In this document: positions 12,501 through 26,600 of the stretch, in pieces
How the letters are laid out: each line of letters begins with the position of its first letter
Position numbering within the stretch: position 1 is the first letter of the stretch
The notes under the pieces: generated by a model
The model's database searches: none
Seen by the model: the letters and a program-made list of their open reading frames with translations, nothing else
Told to the model about the DNA's origin: nothing
Position numbers and translations under genes: made by a program
Assembly: GCA_040954595.2 (NCBI GenBank)
Contig: CM082594.2
Location: 10,792,276-10,856,275 of the forward strand
Source of the DNA: Balanoglossus misakiensis
Taxonomy: Eukaryota; Animalia; Hemichordata
Direction of reading: 5' to 3'
DNA: 64,000 nucleotides

Positions 12501-15500
12501 CTGAGGTGGCATTTCACGAAAATCTACATTTAATAACGGCGATCACTCAAGGCCCTCCAAATCAAAACTAGCTTTCGGGAAGCACTCACTTCTTAGTATG
12601 GAATCACGGTATAATAGCTGATTCCCTTCCGTGTGACCTTAATCCTGCGGAGAGCAATGGGCCAGAATCAGTACCTATGGATCTCTCACGGAAACATCCT
12701 CCTCAGGAATGCACCGCGATGAAAACAAAAAAAAGGTCTCTCTGAATCTATATTCTGGCAAAATATCTGTTTACTAGAAGTAACGAATTTGAAATCGACA
12801 AATCAAAAGGTTTTTTTTCTTTACAAATGTCATGTGGATAAAGTATCAACTGATTTTGTTCCTTTGGAAAGTTCGGAAAAGTTCCAAAAACCTCAAAATC
12901 TGACTAGACCAGAAAAGGGTATGGAATGTGGCATTCTAACTTAGTGTGTATATTCTAATTGGTGCCTATTGTCTAAATCAGTGAGCTGGTCTGAGACGTG
13001 ATGACGTTTCTAAGAAACCTTAATAAGGAAGCCAATTTTATTTTAACAACTGACAACAATGAGGGGTGGCTTTCCCTGGTTTGTTCCCCTTCTGCAAACA
13101 AGCTTTAATCTTGTTTAGAAGAGAGGTGTAAAAGCGGAAAGCGTTAGAATTTCTGCCCGCAGGGCGCCATGGAATTCCTGGGAGAGTGTGTGAAATCCAA
13201 TCGGGCTTTAAACAGAGAGTACGGGGGCATTTCGAATGCGAAAATACCGGCTAGTCTTTAGCTTCCAGTCGTTTGACTCGAGCCTTTTCAATCGCGCCAG
13301 ACAAACAACTTCGTACTTTTCTGGCCGAGCTGTGAACAACAGAAACAGTGGAAGGTTTTGACAGTACTTATGTAACAACAGTTGGCATTATGCGAGGTGT
13401 GAATTAGCTGCCAATAGGTGCCCAATAAACAAACCCACCACAATGCAGAGGTGTCAAAATACGCACTGTGAACACAACCTCTCCAATTCAATAAAGAGCT
13501 CAAACTACTGAGCATGCTCAGTTGACCCCGGCTTAATCCTCCACGGCAGGTCTCCCTAGCTGGCTGGGAAAAGCGTGGCCAACCTATTGGCTCTCAAGTT
13601 ATAAATTACTAGGAAAACTTTGACACCTTATAAAAGCTGTTTGGTGATTGTATACACCACAGCAAACAAGAGTCCCTTTGATCTTGTTCCTACAAAGAGG
13701 TGACTGTACACATAACTGCTGAACTGGCCGATTGTGCCGACAGAGAAAAGTTACAGCAGAGTTTTCAAGAGTTGAGACTTGTACATTTAACCTTTTCCTA
13801 ATCGCCGTGACAACAATCTTGGGTCATAATTGTTAATTTATCGATGAAGTGTGTTCTAATTGAGGTGCGGAGCTGACAAACATTTCTTTCAAATTGATAA
13901 TCAGGCGCTTTGATTCGGTATCATCACAAGAGAACATAGCAGACCACAGAGAGATGTTGGAATGTATACCTCACGGATTGATTTGCTTTGAAACGGAAAT
14001 CCCACAAACCATTTATATATCAAAATGTAGGTGAAGGAACTTTTAGGAACTTTTTTCTCCAGTATCTTAACTAAATAGTGATCACAGAGCCATTTTCTTG
14101 TGAAAGCAATACATTTTCTAGAACAAAATACTTTAAGATCCGCATTTTAAAGTGGATGAGATCACTTGTATTGAATAAAGTTTTACAATTTCAATGTTCT
14201 GCAACAACACACTACTTGGACGAATTTATTTCCCTGAACACATCTCTCTCTCTCTCCAGACAAACATTTCGTTCTCTGCATCGCGATCATGATTCACGTC
14301 ATGAGGTTGCGTACTACTCCCTCTTCAGCAGACTCGTTATTTTTCATCAAGCGCTCATTAACTACACCTTGCCTCCTAAAATTCATAAAGAGTAAATTCC
14401 CATTTCACTGTCATTTATCTTCTGTAAGGTACAGAAGTTTGTTTGCTTAGCATCATTCCCAGACGATCCCTTGACGACCGGCAAATGTCCGAACTTCTCA
14501 TTCACATTCAAGGGCACGCTCGGTTTTCCGTGCAACCGGAGTACCTTCTCTCATGTCTTCGATTAGGGAAACATTTGATTACAATTAACCCTTTAACCCA
14601 AACCATCAACTTTTTATCACTTTTCACCTGTACTTGTGTAATGTACACTTGTTTCAAAATTTTAAGTGTGGACCAAAACTGGAGAAAAAAAACATCTCAT
14701 CACAGGACGTGAGATGTTCAACTCAAACATCACCAAGTACACATCTTCCATCATTTTAGACTTTCCACACAATATACTTCAACTTAAAAATGACAGACTC
14801 TATGTCATCCAATCGAAAATAAAGGACTTACTCCTGAGGGACTTGACTGGTGCTTCCATAGCAACCAGCCAACTAACTTTGTTACTTGTGTCAATCTGAT
14901 CTGGTTTTTGAATCACGGGGTGCAAACCATCCCCCCAAAAAACAGTTGCACTACAATTTAAAACACGTTTCTCGTCTGTAGCTCCCAGTCACAGACCACC
15001 TGACCAGGTCCTGGTGAACGATGAAATTTCACGACTATCAAACCATGTCAAGAACGTGTTGATTTCATTTGACAAATCAGATCTCCAGCAGCTCAACTTA
15101 CACGAGCAGGGAAAATGCGATGAACAAAAGGTGAAAAAACTGCCCGTGGTGATTTCAAGGAGTTTTCACGCTCCATCGGTCTCCTCTTCACAAACAAAAT
15201 CTCCCGAACAGAAAGACTGCAGCGAGAACGAAAATCAATACAGCAGCTAAAAACTATGGATTTACTGAAATCACGGACTTCTGCCTTTCCACAATACATC
15301 AAAACCACAGGATAGCTATGTGTTTTGACATCACTTGACTTAACTAAATCTGACAACTTTAGTTTCCTTTCCACGTAGACTAAAAGCGCAAAACGAAGTT
15401 CCACTTTCCCTTTTTTGTGAATGTATCCATCAAGAAATGCCAGGGTAACATTTTCTCAGTCTACAGGCAGCCTGATAATGACATTTTGAAATGATGAAGC

Positions 15501-18500
15501 TTTTCTTGTCTCAAATGTGGACACACAAACAGACAACATGGAGAAATACTAATAGCAGAATTTCTAGAACATCAATACTTCCCATGTCAAAGGTCACTGT
15601 CAAAGAGCCAATCACGCTCTGTTTTAAATTTTTTACTTTCTGTCGAAGCGACATTTCGACAATCTAAACTGCAGCAGCGGCAAATATTGTGACAGCAAGT
15701 CTGCACGTGAAGAGCACAGCATATTAAGTACAGGAGAGAGTCCCTCTCAGGCGCTCGGCCAAATAAAGATGGTTATCTCAAATAGTGAAAAATTCCCAAT
15801 ATCATTCCATAATAGGGCTGTATAGTTATACAATAGACCGTTGGGACTGCCATCGCAAACACTCCTCAATCAGCCATGACAGTAATTGAAGTGAGTCTAT
15901 CGCATAATTCATTCGATAAGACAACTTGAATTTGTGACATATTTACAGCGTTTGAGATTTCCGTTTTTCTTTATTGGCGATATATTATTGAAGCAGTTCT
16001 TCAGAATTCAGACGACGAGCTCGCCGAAACATCGACGAGCGGGAAAGAGTCGTTTCGGTTATCACGATCTGTTATCACAGCGGTCGCTATCGCAGTACAT
16101 GTGATTCTCCGCACAAGAGACATGTGTATCCATCCATCAAGCTCCTCATCAACACTATCCTCCCAAAGTTATCAGACGAGCAAAAACTGATAATTTCTGG
16201 AGACAATGCTTTTGTAGTCCGTTATTCTCTTTAACTTCTAGTGTCCATCTTATAGATGAGGCAGGGTTGAACCATCAACAAAAATCCATGTATTTATCAA
16301 CAGAACAGCCTTACTTCGATGCAGTAGATCAGTTTTTTGGCAAAGCATCCTACATCAAATTTTACTGACCAGAAAATGTGGTCCATCACTATTAAACATG
16401 ACCAGAGCAGCAGCGACATATTTTGTCGCTCGCTAGCAACGGGTTCCATGACTTAGCAACCTGACATCCCTACTTTTTGTTTGCAGTACCTGACATTCCC
16501 TTTAATCCATAAATCAAGCACATCGAGTATGGTAAATCTTTAATCCCACTGTGGTCAATGTAGCCCAACATTCGACAGAATATTTAGAATGCATTTTTTA
16601 TCAAGAATTCATTGGGTAATTTCTACTTCCAGGAAATGAGCTGAATGAAAGCAGGTTCTTAGTATCCCGCACAATTCTGAAGGCACGCAGTCATGTAAAA
16701 TGTCAACACATAGCACCAACCAACAAAAGCTTAAGAGAAACAAAATTGTTATAACAAAGTTCAGTACGAAAAAAAGGGAGTTTAATTTGAACAGACAGAG
16801 AAGACTCTTGATTCCGAAATGACCTGCTCAATGTGGCGTAACTAGTTGAAAATTTCCTATTCGACAGGAAACCCACACAAGCAAACCTGGTGAATCATTA
16901 ATTGTGGACAGACACACTTCAGTGAACCCACGATACTTTCCCTAATAATGTAACCATTTTCTGTGTGTCTACAACAGCCATTAATTTAATATAGTCCACT
17001 CAAAATGGGCTTAGGCAAACTCATACAGATTTCTCTCGTATGATCATTTTGGAACTGAATATTTTTTCCATCAACGATCACTGTGGATGTGAATCTGTGG
17101 AAGATGAAGCCATCAGAACATTCCTAACAAGGTTATGGCGCAGGAATAGAAAAAATACCTCCAGCTTTTCCCCATTATCTCGCCGTTTGTCACTTTTCCG
17201 TCGTTACTGCCGTGGCATCCCATTAGGCCACCCTAGAAAAAACCTCCGCGTCTGACAAATCACGTGGCTGATTGCTTCATGGGTCACACCGTTCACGAAC
17301 CAAACCCCGGGAAGCACAATTGACTTCTTTTTCCTCTTTGTATCAAACAGGGGGTGCCTCCTTATCACACTTCAATTCCGCCGAATTGAACAACGAAGCG
17401 CCCCGCTGGTCACGGCGGACAATCAAGACAGGGGCGAAACGCCGGACCAGGTACTTTCGGCGCACCACAGTCAGTGTGTCTATTTTGAGTCGATTCCAAG
17501 TATCCTGTACGGCTCATTGCTCTCTCGACACGACAACGTTCAGGTTTCCTATTTAGCCCTTTCAGCGGAATTACACACAACGCCTGTTTTCTACACTTTG
17601 CCTTTTCTCTTTGTGACACACGAGGGAGCCTTTGCAGGTGTTAGAGGTGACCACGTTAACACCTCCTTCTGTTGTTAAATTAAGACTCGTTTTGATGTGC
17701 GTACAATGATCAAAGCCACACTATTCATGGCTTTCTTGGGGCAGACACTACACAACACACTAACAAAGCACACAATGGTGGGTGGAGCAGTCCAGACCTG
17801 GATCCAAGACCCCTGCACAGAAAACATGATTAAAGTCAAATTCCTACCTTGGCCCATTAGATATGGGAGAAAAATTCACTCACGAAATTTATTTTTGTTA
17901 TTTATCCAACGCAAACAAATATTCAGAGTTCACTGGACAATTTTACTTGCTATGCTTATGTCAACATATCAGATGATTCAGTTTGCAATACCGGACATCC
18001 AAGCGGTCCATTTTTTTTAAATTTCAGACTATCTTAGATCTTAACGGCACCCATTGACACGACATGATACTATGGGTCATCGTGAAGATTTCTGAAATTG
18101 ATTGAGTCTCTACTTCCTGATCTAGGAAAGCAGGTACTTCAGTCAATGGAGAGGCTACTCAGGGCGTTACGACTGCACACTGCTCTTGAACGTGTAAACA
18201 ATCAACCTGCAATACGCCGTTCGCAAACAACATCACCGAGAACAGTCAGCTGACGCACAAGTACAACGTCAATGCCATACTCTCATGCAACGCCATGGCA
18301 ACAGAGAGCAAAGAGTGCCAATTGGAACAATGAAAACGAAGACGAAAAGTTTACAGGACATATATTTGATAAGCACATCAATGACACATTCAGGAACATC
18401 ACAGTAACTGGTCTCATCTGATAACCACATTGGAATGGACATTAGAAGTGAGATACTCTAACTTCTCATCTTGTTGATCAACTCTCTCAAACACACTTGT

Positions 18501-21500
18501 CAATTGAACTGATTCACACAGTCAGCTCATCCAACCTGACATCAGATCATGACTAGTTTAAGTTAGATTGCATTTCCAATTTCTCCAAACTCAATTCCAA
18601 CCACTGCATTCGTATACTCTCACTGCACAATATATGACCAAAGCCGTCTTGAGTCTTCAGAGAGTTCAAAGGTCAAGCAGGTCCTCACCAATATGTTCGA
18701 CTTATAGCACCATTTTAAGTAAGCTCTCTTTAGAATTCTGTGGATTACCTGCGGCAAATGAAGGTCAATGTTCATGCACCGATTAAAACCAAGGGTTTAA
18801 CTTCTCCCTTACCTATTCAGCCGTACACGAACTAATTCTACGATTTCAAATGTCTGAAAGAAAAAACCTTGCGTGTGATCAATCATCGATGCAATGCTTC
18901 CAGAGGAATAGAACTACGGAAATCATGAATTTGGCAGAAAGACTGTTTCGGTGGAAATCAAACAAACGTACACCTACGACAAGATCGTTGTTTTAATAGC
19001 GTATAAAAAACATGCGTTTCTCTGTTACAGAAGTCTACTGTCAACAACCCCACAATCTTGTCCATTTGCTATGCAGAGACAATCAATTTGAGTTAGTCCA
19101 ATAGCTCTCTAAAACTTCAAATAACTCTCCCTGGGTATATTTACGCATTTTTACTACACTGGCTGAATCTTAAACGAGCAGTGATCAACAGTATCTCTGG
19201 AAAGAACGAGACATCGCTTTATTGGCCATTAGGTCATGGTAACTTGACTTTCACAGCAACACTGAAGGTATAGATGGGGTTAAATTGAGCAAGGAAATCT
19301 TTGAAAACATTTCCAAGAGAATTAAAAGACAAAATCAGAAAGCAGCTGAAAGACATGCTACTTTTTGTCTCCATGAGGAAAGTGCAAATATTTCAATACA
19401 TTTACTCTGCAAAGAATGTTATACGAGGACCTGATCATTCTTGAGGGGCAAACTTTGAACTATGAACTTTGACATACAGGATTACTCTTGGCTCTTTTTA
19501 CATTTTGAAAAAATGGCCATCTCCATGGAAATATGCAATAAGATTGTGGGAGAACATTGGTTCAGACACTTTATCAGTGATACTTCAAAAAGACAAACTT
19601 CTCATCCAAACAATTGTAGATGGTGGCTACATTACAAAGCCAATCTTGTTCCACTTTAATATAGTTAGATGACAAATGTCTCCTTCACAGACTTTCACTT
19701 CATCGGAGGAAATGTGGAATTTTATTATTTTCGTGAGGGGGATATCGGTCCATGAAAGTGATGAATGTTGGAACATATAAAACATATGATTAATTACCAG
19801 CAACATTTTCGACAAGGTCGGTCGTATTTTTTGTAAATTATTCAAACCAAACAGTGGCCCACACACTTGCAGTCACTTCAAGTTGAGGCAAACAAGTACG
19901 TGTTTTGAATTTTCGAGAAACCTCGCCAACAGTTCCGATTGTTCGCATTTGTCAAAGTCATCTCCATTTGGGTTATAAATTGATAGACAAACTGGGAGGC
20001 TTTGTCACATTTCATTTATAATTTATAGGACGTTCCTCATTACATTTTCCACTGATGTTCAAATGGGCATTAACCTCACTAATGTCTTAGGGCACTAAAA
20101 TACAACAGAATTAGTCAACTTTTATTTCCGCTGAATTTTAATTGCAGCACGCCACTTTTTATATATTTTCCATCACTATTAAAAGAAATATGGCCGACAC
20201 TGGGAGAATCCTGCACAGTTTTTTAAGTCAGTACTGATTGCGATTTCTTCAAAATTTCTTTTGCTGATTATTTGAAAAGCTTCTTCAGTTCTAGATGTTG
20301 TAGTTTAAGGAAAAACTACAGAGGTTATAAAATTTGAAATGGAGCCCCTTTCTGAAATAACAAGGTACATGTATCTTTGATAGGGTTTCTCAAATTGCAG
20401 TTGCATGACAGCATTTAGCTGGTGAAACTGGAAAGTCTGTTGATGACACTCGCCTAAAGTGTAATTCCCCCACTGGAGCCAAAGTCTTGTATAAAAGAAA
20501 TGCAAGGTACACCTACAAGGCAAATAACTGATTTGACAACTCAGTCTTTGGGAATGAACATCACAGCCAGTAGTATAATTTCAAGGCCTGAAATAAATTC
20601 AATGACTTTAGTGTATTGTGATGTCTTGAATTCTGTAAGACACCAGGTAGCGAACAATATTTTCATCTTGAGGGCAAACTTGGCATCTTGGGTAAGAATG
20701 TCAGACAAATTATATTCAAATGTTCATTTATGCTGAATAGTTTGTTTATAAACAGATGAAAATTTAGAGCAATATCTACAACAGGCTGAGTTTACTTAGT
20801 CAGTTTACTACCCGAGAAAACTTTACAAAGTTTATTTATAAATTTCACATTTGGCACAAATAAAACAGAAATAGAGTAAATTTGCCATATTGAAAATTTA
20901 CTTCAAATAGAAACAGGCCTCTCTCCACCAAACGCAATCACAGAAAAAAACACAGATTAAAACGTAAAAATTATGATCAGGTCACACAACCATTGTACTT
21001 ATCTGGCTTTTTATTTTGTACCTTTTCAATAAAAAAAATAATTGCTCTGTTATTTCGTGGACATGACAGTATAAAAAGTATGCCAGGCTCCAAACCTCTT
21101 ACTCTCCATGGCAACAACAGTCAGTAGTCTGGGAAACCATCATACGAAGAAAATTTGCACAGATGCATTTTATGCATTCTGACGTGTTTCTTTGTGTGGT
21201 CCATTTACATTAATGCATTAACTCAGATTTTTTTTTTTGCTTCTGACGACAAAAAAATTGTTTGAAACAAAGTTTGCATCGTTTTTAGTCCCGTACACCT
21301 TTGATAGAAGAGATACAGACAGCATGGATGAATAGACCCGTTTGATAGCGAGTATAAATCCCATAGTATAAAAAGCCTCAACATTTTTTTCAAGGATTAT
21401 CAACTTAAGAGGTTTTCGCTGAGTGCTACAATTTAGACCCATTGAGTATTTCTGGTGGGAAAAAAAACACAGTGTTGGGGAGAGAAAAAAAAGCTACTTT

Positions 21501-23596
21501 GGCATTTTTTTCACACAAATGAAGTCATCGGGCGGCTTTTGTGCGTTTGTCAACATCAAACTATTCAGCATCATCTTTGCTGTACCATCACAGGCCTGGA
21601 TGATGTTGAATAGCGAGACAAGAGGACTCAGTCGGACGGTGACAATGCTGATCACGGACGGGTGATGACGAAAGCGGGCGTGGAAGCACCCAGAAGGGTA
21701 TTTGCCCTTGCTTAGTACATGTAAGGTAATCAACCAGTCAAATACTTGTGTTCCCTTATTGTCGATCGGCGGAGTACAGGACAGGGCGAGGACCGCGCGC
21801 ACAACCATCTCTGCCAACTTGTGGAATTGATACCCTTAATGCCTGGGTCTCGTGGAAACCCAAGAAGCTCCGAGGTCACGCTACATTGGATGCCAATACA
21901 AAATCAAAGACTCAATCCCCAACAATGGCCTACAAAAAAATAATTTTTCAATGTCACATGTGTTCATGGGTATTGGCCACAGAGCAGGTTTTTTTTTTTT
22001 ATTTCGGCCGCCTACTGGATTCCTGCATTGTTAACCAAAGTATGTAATTCAGGCAAACTGAAGTCAACTTAAACAAGACGGGACAAAAACCGCCAGTGTT
22101 TGATTTGGACACAGAGCTTGGTACTCAGTGGCACAACTCGACTCCTAATAAAAAAAGTTTAATTTGGGAAAAGCGGTTATCCATCAAATAAAAACTCAGA
22201 AATCAACACAAGTTTCCACCACATCAGTACAGTTTATACCCATTACCCACACATTAAAAAATCAAACAAATCAATTTTGACTTTGTTTTTAAACTAGAGA
22301 ACTCCTCCTTCCCGATGGCCAATATCCTATTTTTGGCACTGGGATATTTCCTTGTTTTCAGAGCAAGTCTACTATTACAGTTAATATTTGGAGGGAAAAG
22401 GCTAAAATTTCGAGATTCCACAAGTTCTAGGGGCACACTCAAATTAAATTTGACAGAAACTGCTGTGGCAGTCATCTTGAACTCAGTAACAAGCCCACCG
22501 GGGCCAGAAATAAAATTAATAAAGGGTTCACCTTTGACCCGCATAGCATATAAATTACGGGGCACACATTTTATTACCTCACTAACTCAAATCCGTGACA
22601 GATTTGGTCATTTAGCCCACGTACAAGAAGGGCCGTCGCTTCCGACTTCATCATTTGTTTACCAATGAAGCAACACTTTGACAGGACAAAAGAAAATTTG
22701 AGAAATCTGAGATATTTTCTATTCCATTGCTTCAACTATGCTTCCTGAAAACCTGCTGTGAACTTGTACATATTTGTTTTTTTCCCTTCTGAAAACATCC
22801 CTTTGTTCAACTGCTGTTGTTGGTCCAGCCCCCATCCTAATAAAACAGTGGGGTTTTAACCACAGCACAAAGGAAAGTGATTTTCACTGAAATCACAATT
22901 ATTATGATTTTACTATGAAACCACTCGGGATTATATCTTCTATTTACCGTTTTGATCAACGATAATCACAACAGAGCTATCAATAAAAACCTACTTGTAT
23001 CTGCTAGCTTTCACACTCGCCTGCAATAAATCTAATTAATGCCCAATATTGGCGCTAAAAACAGATCAGACGATATTTAGCGATACCAAATTAATTCATT
23101 CAGTCATTCATTTTGCTATTTAATCTCAAGGTCTATTTTGGCCACAACTGCACAGATAAAATTTCAATGGGGACGATTAATAATTATGGAGATCTATTTT
23201 GGTGATGCACAATAGATACGGAAGACACATGCAGACTATGTTGTCAATGGATACCTGTGAGGTGCATTGTGGGAGATTTTACAAGATGACTGTCTGTGGT
23301 CACCAATGATTTCAGTTTATCAAAGACCTTGGTATATGCACATCAAAACAGGTGGCTCCAGGTTGCAGTAATCACCACATTTGGTGAATCCAATGTGTGT
23401 AATTGAGATGTTCAAAAGACCTAGCTAATGGATACTGGCTGTAACTTTTGGCTTATTTTTTTCAGCAATGTTCGGTTTATCAAGCATGTCACAAAGTGTC
23501 TATAGTATAGTGTTGTGTGTTGTCTTGTGTGCCCAGTGTTGTTTTTGTATGGTGGTCAAAGTTGAGTTAGGAATTGCTGCATGTCTACTAGTCTGA

Positions 23597-23646
23597 GGTG
23601 GTTAGACCATAGACAGTAGAGGGTGGTTAGACCGTAGACAGTAGAG
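23597..23646. repeat. Tandem duplication of a 25-bp unit (GGTGGTTAGACCRTAGACAGTAGAG, two copies)
   Basis: Two adjacent copies differing at one base. Confidence 0.9.
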
Positions 23647-26600
23647 GGGGGACAGTCAGTTACACCTCTTAGCATCTGACGGCTTTGACAAAATGAACTC
23701 TGCTGCATGGACAATTCACCAGCCCTGGATTACATAATCTCTGCACTGACTTGGTAATTCGGAGTGATAATTTGGAGAGAAACTAAAACAATACACAGTG
23801 GAGGGTAGTGGACAATAGACAGTGGAGCCCAGTGGACAATAATTCCGAATAAATTATTCTAGAAAACATTCTCAGCAATGCACCTGGAAGAGGGTATAAA
23901 AAGTTCTGTGCCCATGTTTGAAAAGAGAGACTGACATGACAGCCAGCGGTAGCACTGCTGAGGCACTGTGTGTGTGTAGCTCTACCAGAATCTGACTGCC
24001 AGGCCTGTTTGGTGAAACAACAGTGGAGTTTTCCACCAAGTGTGATCACAGACATCCTGTGCGGCCACAGAACAACCATCTTCTCGATGAAACTGCAAAG
24101 ACTGATCTATTCTGCGACCAACTTCCCTGAACATTGCCACAACTGAACTCGCTGAAGTCAACAACTTTCTTAGCACGGGTAGGCAAACCTATGATAACCA
24201 CCTGTGAATGTCTTTTGTAATGTTTTTACCGTTTCATGTCTTTTTGTTTGTGTTGGTTCGTTGTTTCTCTTTACTGTGCATACAGTCCACTTGTATTTTG
24301 TCTGTAGTGGCTGCCCCTGTACAATTTATTGGTTCCATCGATACAATTCTGCAAGTTGAATAAATTTTCTATGCATAAACATAAAGTTTCTAAGTTATAC
24401 AATTTCCGTAGTAAGGGGTCCCCTAGCACAAAAGCACCCAGTCACATGGTCTGAGGGAAAACCTACCTGGTACTGCCCACAATATCATACAGTACCTTGT
24501 GACAAAGCATATTTTCTTGTTCGACCCCCATCATCAGCATGCTAAAAATACCCACACTAGTCTGCTAGCTAACAAAACCTGTATAGATTATTGTTATTAT
24601 TGACAGACAAATTCAAGTCTTAAAATTGAATTTTTGTATTGTTGACACCAAAACAATGGTTCATTGACTCTGTGCACCTCTGTCGGCATGGACACTGCCA
24701 CCCCATCAGCTGGCTAGATGACTAACAGTCGGCACGGTAACTAAACTTAAATACATGACAGATCTCTCACTGAATCAAATTTGAAGCTGTTTAAACATTG
24801 CTGGTCGTTCACATTTGTGTTGTGTGACCTCAGAAAATTTTAGTCCAAATATTCACTGCTGTAGACAGAGGCTAATGAATCTCATGTTTTTTTAATAATT
24901 TTTTTTAAATGTAGTTGTCGAACTTTCACAAATCAAACTGAAGGCAATTTTTTGCAGGAAACAAAGGAATTATGGGTGCAGGTTGATATGTTTAGAACAT
25001 CATAAATTGAAGATATCAATCACTCTATAATCTTTTCATGACAAGTCATATACAGTTATATGTAATTTCTAAATTATTTGCTGGTACAAAAATGGAAATG
25101 TTTTAATTTTAGAATCTGAAAATCATCAAATGTTACCAGTCACTAGTTAACAGCCCAACAAGAGTTGCATTCAATCTCTTTTACAATTAACATAATAATT
25201 CCCAAACAGATAAACAATTTCCTTCGTTTCCACAAAGTATGATTCTCCCCAACAAAACTCTAGATATCCCTGTTTTACTGGTATAACACATGTATGTACA
25301 AGTGGCATACTTGCGACAAATACTATATATGTGTCTGTAATACCAGACGATTCATCAGTCCACAGCTGTTTACATACATAAAAACCTGGCCTGTTACAGT
25401 CCCACCATCCGGACAAAGATTACAGATGCGTTTTAAAAGTTCAAGAGCTTGATACACTTATTTTTTAAATCTACAACCATATTATATAAACAACAAAACA
25501 TCTGCATTAGAAAATTATTTTTGAACACTTGTCCTTACTGATTTGCCTACACAGTCAAGTGATATGATTAACACTATATTTTCATAAATGCAAACAATCG
25601 CACCAGCTCTCCCAGACACCAAACAATGGCCGCCTCTGTTCTGATAGAAATGCACCAATTCCATCGTCTTGGAAACGCATTAATTTTAAAGTATGGACAG
25701 TACTCAAAAAAAAAAATTATTCATAAAGGAACCATGTTGTGTGTGAACGTTGGTTATACTTAAACAGACCATGGCATATCGTAGATTATAAACATCTGCT
25801 AAACTGGGTCAAAATTGCAAATTGAAATTCTAGTCATGACTTCGAAATGAAAGCAAACAGCAAGGATTATTTATTATTTTGTCGCATACGCTTTAGTATA
25901 GTGTGATTTTTATGTTCATCTTTCCCTCAAAGTTTATCACAATTGCAGCTAATTTGCCTTACAGTACAAACGAATAACGCCACAGAGCGACATATGATTA
26001 GACTGCGACATTGGATTGAAATTCTTATCATGGATGACGAGTACAATTAATCTGCACCATAATTTCAATATGCCCGATCATCTAACGGTAAATCAACCCA
26101 CTCCTTAATGAGATTTAATAAAATAAATCAGTTATCCCAAATGGGAATTTGAAAGAAATTTATAGAAATTTTAATTATATTTCGCTGTCTCTCTATCACG
26201 TTAATAATTCATATATTAGATTACATTAGCGGTGACCCATCAGTCGCTAATGCGTGAACAATTGTTGCTGTTTCACACACTGCTCTCGTTTCATTTCTGC
26301 ACCTTGCGCCCGGTTTCACTTGCGTTAAATTCCGCACAATATAAAAAGTGGCATCCTTCCCTTACTGACAGTTAGGATAATTTCCAACGCTGTTCCTTGG
26401 AATACCGCGATATCTAGGCGAGTGGCAAGTCTCCATTTAAAATATCTAATGCCTGAGCTTTTCAGCAAACAACTGAAATTTTTGTTCTTGTATGTGGAAC
26501 AGAGTACGGCTTCTTACAAAGAAAAAACGTGAAAAAACGGAGGCTTTGCTTTGGGTATTTCCACAACCTTCGGTTCAGATATGACAAGCCTGCATTTTTA

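Noticed and set aside
23597-23646. Direct repeats considered as a CRISPR-like array
   Set aside because: Only two abutting copies, no spacers, and a eukaryotic context.
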